A DNA stretch of 54,102 bases, taken from assembly GCA_017463405.1 (NCBI GenBank), contig JAFTPJ010000003.1, forward strand, positions 1-54,102, given 5' to 3'. This document shows positions 49,076-54,102 of the stretch, in pieces. A program made the translations under genes and the position numbers. The first letter of the stretch is position 1. Each line of letters starts with the position of its first letter. The DNA is from Clostridia bacterium. Lineage in GTDB: Bacteria; Bacillota; Clostridia; Oscillospirales; CAG-272. Under the pieces are notes generated by a model that did not search any database, was not told the origin of the DNA, and saw nothing but the letters and a program-made list of their open reading frames with translations.

Positions 49076-50356
49076 ATGTTAGACATCAAATATATTAAGG
49101 AAAAACCTGAGGAAGTCATCGCCCGCCTTGCAAAAAAAGGCAAGGACGCAAAAGAAGAGATTGAGATGATCCTCAAATTGGATGCGGAGCGCCGCGCTGT
49201 GATTGGCGAGGTGGAGCAGTTGAAGGCGGAGCAAAATAAAACGAACAAGCTGATCCCTCAATATAAAAAGGAGGGAAAGGATACTGCCGCGATTTTTGCG
49301 GAGATGAAAGAGCTGGGAGCAAAGATCAAGGCTGATGACGAAAAGCTGAAGGAAATCGAGACGCAGCTGACTTCTTTCATGCTCGGACTCCCCAATTTGC
49401 CCGATTTTGACCTGAAAGCAGGCGGAAAAGAGAACAACGAGCCGCTTCGTTATCACAACGAGCCGAGAAAGTTTGATTTTGAGGCAAAGAATCACGTTGA
49501 TCTTTGCACAGATCTTGGATTGATTGACTATAAGAGGGGCACCAAGCTTTCCGGTAACGGCTTTTGGATCTATTCGGGAATCGGTGCACGATTGGAGTGG
49601 GCATTGCTCAACTATTTCATTGATTTTCATACCGGAAACGGTTATGAGCTGATGCTTGTTCCGCACATGCTTGGCTATGAGTGTGGCTTGACGGCGGGTC
49701 AATTCCCGAAATTCCAGGATGAAGTCTACTGGTTGGAGACTTCCGAAGACGAGCGTCGCCGATTCATGCTGCCGACCGCAGAAACAGCACTCGTTTCCCT
49801 GCATCGCGATGAGATCCTGACAGAGGCGGATCTTCCCAGAAAATATATCAGCTATACACCTTGCTTCCGCCGCGAAGCTGGCTCCTACCGTGCGGACGAG
49901 CGCGGCATGGTACGTGGTCATCAGTTCAACAAGGTGGAAATGGTGCAGTATACGCTTCCCGAGAAGAGCGATGAAGCGTTCGAGGAGCTGGTTGCGAACG
50001 CAGAGAACCTGGTCAAGGGTCTTGGGTTCCATTTTCGCACAGTGAAATTGGCGGCAGAGGATTGCTCCGCATCTATGGCGCGCACCTATGATATCGAGAT
50101 TAACATTCCGTCTATGAACGGATACAAGGAGGTTTCCTCCGTTTCCAATGCGCGAGATTACCAGGCGCGTCGCGGAATGATGCGTGTTAAGCGCGAGAAT
50201 GGAAAGACGGAATTTTTGCACACACTCAATGGATCCGGTCTGGCGACCAGCCGTATTTTTCCTGCACTGGTCGAGCAGAATCAGAATGCAGATGGCAGTG
50301 TAACCATTCCCGAAGTTTTGCGTAAGTATATTGGTATGGACGTTATCAAAAAGTGA
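49076..50356 (+). CDS. serS: Serine--tRNA ligase
   Basis: 426-aa ORF with an N-terminal coiled-coil arm. Class II motifs are present: YTPCFRREAGSYRADERGMVRGHQFNKVE and LNGSGLATSRIFPALVE. Confidence 0.96.
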   Translation: MLDIKYIKEKPEEVIARLAKKGKDAKEEIEMILKLDAERRAVIGEVEQLKAEQNKTNKLIPQYKKEGKDTAAIFAEMKELGAKIKADDEKLKEIETQLTSFMLGLPNLPDFDLKAGGKENNEPLRYHNEPRKFDFEAKNHVDLCTDLGLIDYKRGTKLSGNGFWIYSGIGARLEWALLNYFIDFHTGNGYELMLVPHMLGYECGLTAGQFPKFQDEVYWLETSEDERRRFMLPTAETALVSLHRDEILTEADLPRKYISYTPCFRREAGSYRADERGMVRGHQFNKVEMVQYTLPEKSDEAFEELVANAENLVKGLGFHFRTVKLAAEDCSASMARTYDIEINIPSMNGYKEVSSVSNARDYQARRGMMRVKRENGKTEFLHTLNGSGLATSRIFPALVEQNQNADGSVTIPEVLRKYIGMDVIKK

Positions 50357-50392
50357 TTGCTTCTCCGGAACATTAACGATAAGGAGAAAATA

Positions 50393-51142
50393 ATGGATAA
50401 ACAAGCCACTGTATTGGCGAATGGTATTGGCACTTTTTGGGAGCAGATCGTCAACTGGTATCAAAACTCATTCATCAGCGACATTTTGTCGTATATCTTT
50501 GAACAGTACTACAGCGTGGAATTTAGGGCGTATGAGAGCTTTTCTTTTGGTCCTCGCGCAAACGAGACAGCACAAACGCTGATTATGGCATTGGCATTTG
50601 GCTTTATCATTGCGGCAATCGTCATCGCGTACACACGCACGCGACTGGGCAGCTTTGTAAGAGCGTTGCTGAAAAACGGTTGCCTTTCCTCGGGAACGGC
50701 GATGACACTGTACGAATTGGGATATTTCCGAAATTCTACAATTCGTCGCGAACTAGCGAGAGGGGTGACTTTGCGAAAAATTGTTTTCAAGGCAGACGAG
50801 GAAGCACCGGTTGAGGAGAATGATGAAAATGCCGATGAAATCGCGGCAGAAGCACCTCTCGATGCGGCAAATCAGGGTGCAACCGTCAAGGCGGCATCGC
50901 CTGCGAATGAACGCTTTCAATTCCTCCGAAAGGGATCGCAGGTGGATTTTATCACAACGCGATTTTATATTCCCGAGGATATGAAATATCGTGCAGAGCT
51001 TCGCTTTGAGCGAAAGGGTTCCGGCTGGCTTCCTGTCCTGTTGACGGTGTTTGGCTCCCTGATCGGTGCCGCACTGGTGTGTCATTTTTTGCCCGATTTT
51101 ATCGGATTGTTGGATCAATTGATTGTGCTTACAGCACCATAA
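50393..51142 (+). CDS. Membrane protein of unknown function
   Basis: The ORF track gives 50357..51142. I prefer ATG 50393 (MDKQATV...), after AAGGAGA. Two clear hydrophobic helices (LIMALAFGFIIAAIVIAY; WLPVLLTVFGSLIGAALVCHF) flank an acidic linker. Confidence 0.55.
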   Translation: MDKQATVLANGIGTFWEQIVNWYQNSFISDILSYIFEQYYSVEFRAYESFSFGPRANETAQTLIMALAFGFIIAAIVIAYTRTRLGSFVRALLKNGCLSSGTAMTLYELGYFRNSTIRRELARGVTLRKIVFKADEEAPVEENDENADEIAAEAPLDAANQGATVKAASPANERFQFLRKGSQVDFITTRFYIPEDMKYRAELRFERKGSGWLPVLLTVFGSLIGAALVCHFLPDFIGLLDQLIVLTAP

Positions 51143-51146
51143 AAAA

Positions 51147-51186
51147 CAATCAGGTGTCCTTGGCTTACGAGCTGCGGACACCTGAT
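51147..51186. terminator. Bidirectional terminator between convergent genes
   Basis: AATCAGGTGTCC (51147-51158) pairs with GGACACCTGATT (51175-51186) in a perfect 12-bp stem. TTCA follows, and AAAAAC precedes it. Confidence 0.6.
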
Positions 51187-51191
51187 TTTCA

Positions 51192-52199
51192 TCATTCATA
51201 CAAGAGATTCAGGATTTTGAATACGAGAGCATGACCTTGCATGGAGAGCTGTGATCCCAATATGCCGAAAGGCGTATTTTGATAGAACGGGAACTCGAAA
51301 ACGAGCGTTTTGTCCTCCGATGATTGTATGATATTTTTAAAGCAGGGGAGGGCGAGCAATTGGTTGAATGGAGTGGTTTTTGGATGGAACAGCTCTCGCT
51401 CATCCTCCGGTAGCTTCGACTTTGCCGTTTGCAGGGGTAAGTGCTGCAGCAGGAGAGAAAAGCCGGGGACGGTCGGATCATATGCTACTTCGGAGACGTT
51501 ATTGATTTGTACTTTTCCGACATTCCGTTCTTTTGCGACTGTCACGTTCCGTCCTGTGTGATGACGCAGGAGCATGAACGTGCAAAGCAAAAATGCGGTC
51601 GGACGTTTCCAATCGCGGTTTGAAAGCGCGGGAAGATTTGCGGGGAGCGAAACGTGTTCCAGGCGGCAGCCCACAAAATTTGCGATCAGATAAAGGTGCG
51701 TCCAAAGACCGGCCCCGTGCGGTTGCTTCAGCATTCGCTCGGTATAATAAAAGATTTCGGTGAGCTGTTCCGTGAGTGCAATCTCGCCTTCGGATTGATC
51801 ATTGTTCGGACGAAAAATCGGTGAAAACGCATCATATCTTGCATGTTCAAGCGCTTTTCGCACATTCTTTTCGTCATATGCAATGCGGACGGCAAGCAAC
51901 AGCCCCGTGCTTTGCAGAAGCGCGGAGAAGAACAAGACGGAGGCATTCTCCGTCGATAAAAGCAGGCATTCATCGTCGGAACGAATGAATTTCTGCAAGC
52001 GGGAAATGGATGTTTCGGAAAAGGGGAGGACGCTACAAAACGGTGTTCCGATTGGCGCCTGAAAGCCTCTCTCGGAAACAATGCGGAAGCTGTCGTATGC
52101 ATTCAGCATTGCGCAATCATCGTGAAAAATCCGACATCCCGAATGGTCCTTCCCGTCAAAGAGGTCGTGTTCGGGGATATAACTTTCAATACGGTTCAT
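51192..52199 (-). CDS. Hypothetical protein, downstream partner of the NERD gene
   Basis: The ORF track gives 51192..52265 (357 aa). The ATG at 52199 (MNRIESYIPEHD...) lies 5 nt after the NERD gene stop, whereas the longer form would overlap it by 61 nt. I saw no Walker A, no recognisable catalytic motif and no TM. Confidence 0.55.
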   Translation of the reverse strand: MNRIESYIPEHDLFDGKDHSGCRIFHDDCAMLNAYDSFRIVSERGFQAPIGTPFCSVLPFSETSISRLQKFIRSDDECLLLSTENASVLFFSALLQSTGLLLAVRIAYDEKNVRKALEHARYDAFSPIFRPNNDQSEGEIALTEQLTEIFYYTERMLKQPHGAGLWTHLYLIANFVGCRLEHVSLPANLPALSNRDWKRPTAFLLCTFMLLRHHTGRNVTVAKERNVGKVQINNVSEVAYDPTVPGFSLLLQHLPLQTAKSKLPEDERELFHPKTTPFNQLLALPCFKNIIQSSEDKTLVFEFPFYQNTPFGILGSQLSMQGHALVFKILNLLYE

Positions 52200-52204
52200 A
52201 AGGC

Positions 52205-53032
52205 TTAAAAAACAATATGGCGAATGCGGTTGAGGGCTATCTTTCGATACGAGCCATCCAAGCATCCGACTGTGAAAACCGTGTCACGGTTGTAAAAAAT
52301 GCCGGTGGCGCCGTTGGTATAGGTGATGAGCAGCTTATCTCGCAACAGCAAGGGCTGCGGCTCGACTGATAGGTAGCGCAGGCAGGTGGTATCGATCCGT
52401 ACGAGTGCACCGTCAGGGGTGTCACAATCGAAGAAGCAATCGGCGAGAATACCCTTACAAAATTCGCTGTCGCGGCTGTAAAAGCGAGTACAGCGGAGAA
52501 TGCGTGCAGGGTCGAAGCTGATGGAGGGGCATTTTTCGGCGCGTGCACAGCCTTTGATGTAGGCGATCATTTTATGCACGGCGAGCAGCGCGATGCCCTT
52601 CATTTCCGCGGGAAGCTTGAGCGTGCAATCGGGCTCGGCAAATACGACCATACCGTAAATTCTTTGATTGATGCCGTAAAAAGTCTGCATCCGATCGATG
52701 AATTGGAGTGTTGTGGCGACAGGATTTTTGAGTGTTTTATGAACACCGTTCTCCTTGTTCTGGTAAAATTTGTCGCCCTCACAACCGATTTCACCTTTCC
52801 AGTTTTTGACCTCGATGACAAACGGGACGTTTTGGTAAACGACCATGAAATCCTTTTCGAGATAGAGCTTTTTATGGGGGACTGTGACGTTGCGGATGAC
52901 ACAATCGAAATGCTCGCACAGCATCCGATAAATGATCTCCTCACCGTCGGCGCCGAAGGCTTCGATTTCCTCGATTGGCGGCAAGGATTGTGCGCGTGTG
53001 CGGTTGATGGCGGTTTTCAGCAGGTGACTCAT
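52205..53032 (-). CDS. NERD (nuclease-related domain) protein with a Cys-rich C-terminal domain
   Basis: 275-aa ORF. FGADGEEIIYRMLCEHF...LEKDFMVVYQNVPFVIEVKNWKGEI...KNPVATTLQFIDRM matches the NERD pattern (GxxGE ... D-hydrophobic run-E-hydrophobic-K). The C-terminal ~125 aa are unassigned and contain 9 Cys. Confidence 0.78.
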   Translation of the reverse strand: MSHLLKTAINRTRAQSLPPIEEIEAFGADGEEIIYRMLCEHFDCVIRNVTVPHKKLYLEKDFMVVYQNVPFVIEVKNWKGEIGCEGDKFYQNKENGVHKTLKNPVATTLQFIDRMQTFYGINQRIYGMVVFAEPDCTLKLPAEMKGIALLAVHKMIAYIKGCARAEKCPSISFDPARILRCTRFYSRDSEFCKGILADCFFDCDTPDGALVRIDTTCLRYLSVEPQPLLLRDKLLITYTNGATGIFYNRDTVFTVGCLDGSYRKIALNRIRHIVF

Positions 53033-53170
53033 GGAACTCCTTTTCGGTACGGTAATTTTTCTGCAGAGTAGAGTGTTTATATCTATATTATAGCATACCG
53101 TGCCAGAAAAGTCAAGTTTTGCCCGCAGAATACTTGTGGGTGCAAAGTCACATTTTTTTGGCGTAACCTA

Positions 53171-53199
53171 TTGCAATCAGAGAAAATATTTGATATAAT
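53171..53199 (+). promoter_or_regulatory. Candidate hisS promoter
   Basis: TTGCAA (53171-53176), 17-nt spacer, TGaTATAAT (TATAAT 53194-53199). The leader is only about 40 nt. Confidence 0.55.
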
Positions 53200-53238
53200 A
53201 AAGTGTAATGAAAAAGACTATTCAAAAGAGGTAACAAG

Positions 53239-54102
53239 ATGAGCGAAAAGCTGTCCGTACAGCCTTATAAGGGCACAAGAGATTTTTATCCGCAGGAGAT
53301 GCGCCTGCGTAACTGGTTCTTCGGTGTGATCCGCCGTGAGCTGGAGAACGCCGCATTTGACGAATACAACGGTCCAATGCTGGAATCGCTGGAGCTTTAT
53401 GCTGCGAAGAGCGGCGAGGAGATCGCAAACAAGCAGACTTATAATTTTATGGACAGAGGGGATAGGCATCTGGCGATCCGTCCCGAAATGACGCCCACCG
53501 TGGCGCGTATGGTGGCGGCAAAGATCGGGGACCTGACCTTCCCGCTCAAGTGGTTTTCGATTCCGAATATGTATCGCTACGAGGCGACGCAGAGAGGACG
53601 CTTGCGCGAGTTTTGGCAACTCAATGTGGATATTTTCGGCTGCAACACGTACGAAGCAGATCTCGAGGTTATCACCAGTGCCATCCGCATTCTGCGCGCA
53701 TACGGTGCGGACGAGACAATGTTTACGGTGCGCATCAACAACCGTCGCTTCTTCAACGACGTCATCGCAGCAATCACGGGCAAGGATACCGAGGGAAGCC
53801 GTCAGGTATCCAAGGTCATCGACCGCAAAAATAAGGTGACGAGAGAGAGCTATGAAAAGGATCTGACGGCGTTGGGGCTGACAGCGGAGCAGATTGCGAA
53901 GATCGATTCGCTCTATTCGTTGAACGTGTCCGACGCGACGGCGCTTTGCCCCGAATCGATCGGTGCGCAGGAGCTACGGGATCTGTTCTCGGCACTGGAG
54001 AAGATGGGCTTGGACAAGTATTGCATTTTTGATTTCGGTATCATTCGCGGTCTGGATTACTATACGGGCACCGTTTTCGAGGTGTTTGACAACGCACCCG
54101 AA
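53239..54102 (+). CDS. hisS: Histidine--tRNA ligase; C-terminus cut by window edge
   Basis: Absent from the ORF track because it runs off the right edge. I translated from ATG 53239 (RBS AGAGG): MSEKLSVQPYKGTRDFYPQEM...LAIRPEMTPTVARM...MYRYEATQRGRLREFWQLNVDIFG...IIRGLDYYTGTVFEVF. These are the HisS class II motifs. The frame is open for 288 codons to position 54102. Confidence 0.93.
   Translation, partial: MSEKLSVQPYKGTRDFYPQEMRLRNWFFGVIRRELENAAFDEYNGPMLESLELYAAKSGEEIANKQTYNFMDRGDRHLAIRPEMTPTVARMVAAKIGDLTFPLKWFSIPNMYRYEATQRGRLREFWQLNVDIFGCNTYEADLEVITSAIRILRAYGADETMFTVRINNRRFFNDVIAAITGKDTEGSRQVSKVIDRKNKVTRESYEKDLTALGLTAEQIAKIDSLYSLNVSDATALCPESIGAQELRDLFSALEKMGLDKYCIFDFGIIRGLDYYTGTVFEVFDNAPE

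Noticed and set aside
49079-50464. A 461-aa ORF antisense to the whole of serS, longer than serS itself.
   Set aside because: It is in the same codon register as serS (49079 = 49076 + 3), so it stays open simply because serS uses no TTA, CTA or TCA codons. The translation is low-complexity (Leu/Arg/Ile/Phe-rich), has no RBS and extends into the next gene. It is a shadow ORF, not a gene.
13560-52265. N-terminal extensions in the ORF track for dnaN (14774), glgC (35889), AraC (23342), the FAD oxidoreductase (23315), ahcY (43153), parB (48115), the membrane protein (50357), AraC (2296 and 42127) and the NERD partner (52265).
   Set aside because: In each case an internal ATG with a proper Shine-Dalgarno sequence gives the conserved N-terminus. 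The longer forms overlap an upstream gene or regulatory DNA. Starts were trimmed accordingly and remain predictions.
49054-53238. I looked for T-box leaders upstream of serS and hisS, an SAH riboswitch upstream of ahcY, and cre sites in the sugar operons.
   Set aside because: The serS leader is 22 nt, the hisS leader about 40 nt after the promoter, and the ahcY leader about 70 nt. All are too short for these RNAs, and I saw no specifier/T-box, SAH or cre consensus. The absence is noted but is not a positive feature.

Overview
This 54.1-kb window is the chromosomal replication-origin neighbourhood of a Bacillota (Clostridia-like) bacterium. GC looks mid-range by eye; it was not computed. I saw no rRNA, tRNA, CRISPR, transposase, integrase or phage genes. 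On the minus strand the core string is dnaA-[oriC]-dnaN-recF-remB-gyrB-mreC-mreD-gyrA-lipoprotein (16.6 kb down to 5.4 kb). On the plus strand it is alr-unknown exported protein-araC-ahcY-mnmG-rsmG-[2x parS]-parA-parB-serS-membrane protein (38.9 to 51.1 kb), followed by a minus-strand NERD + unknown gene pair and a truncated hisS. Between dnaA and mnmG lies about 28 kb of metabolic and accessory cargo. It holds copA with two HMA domains, a GldA/GldF-GldG-like ABC transporter, a PocR-like AraC regulator divergent from an FAD-dependent oxidoreductase, a MATE pump, another AraC regulator, and a glgB-C-D-A-P operon extended by a cytoplasmic GH13 enzyme. The left edge carries a truncated GH31 lipoprotein gene, a decayed GH31-like relic, and an AraC regulator followed by a nucleoside hydrolase-ribokinase pair. 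I found no clear-cut novel multi-gene system. The best second-look candidates are the NERD + unknown two-gene module between serS and hisS, the doubly anchored 661-aa exported protein coupled to an AraC regulator with an acidic Cys-rich tail, and mreCD wedged between gyrB and gyrA. Also worth a look are the well-resolved oriC (DnaA boxes, GC cluster, TAG DnaA-trios), the twin perfect parS sites (one inside a 42-bp palindrome), and the broken origin synteny with a head-on gene block. All functional calls rest on motifs I recognised in the translations; no database search or numerical skew analysis was possible.
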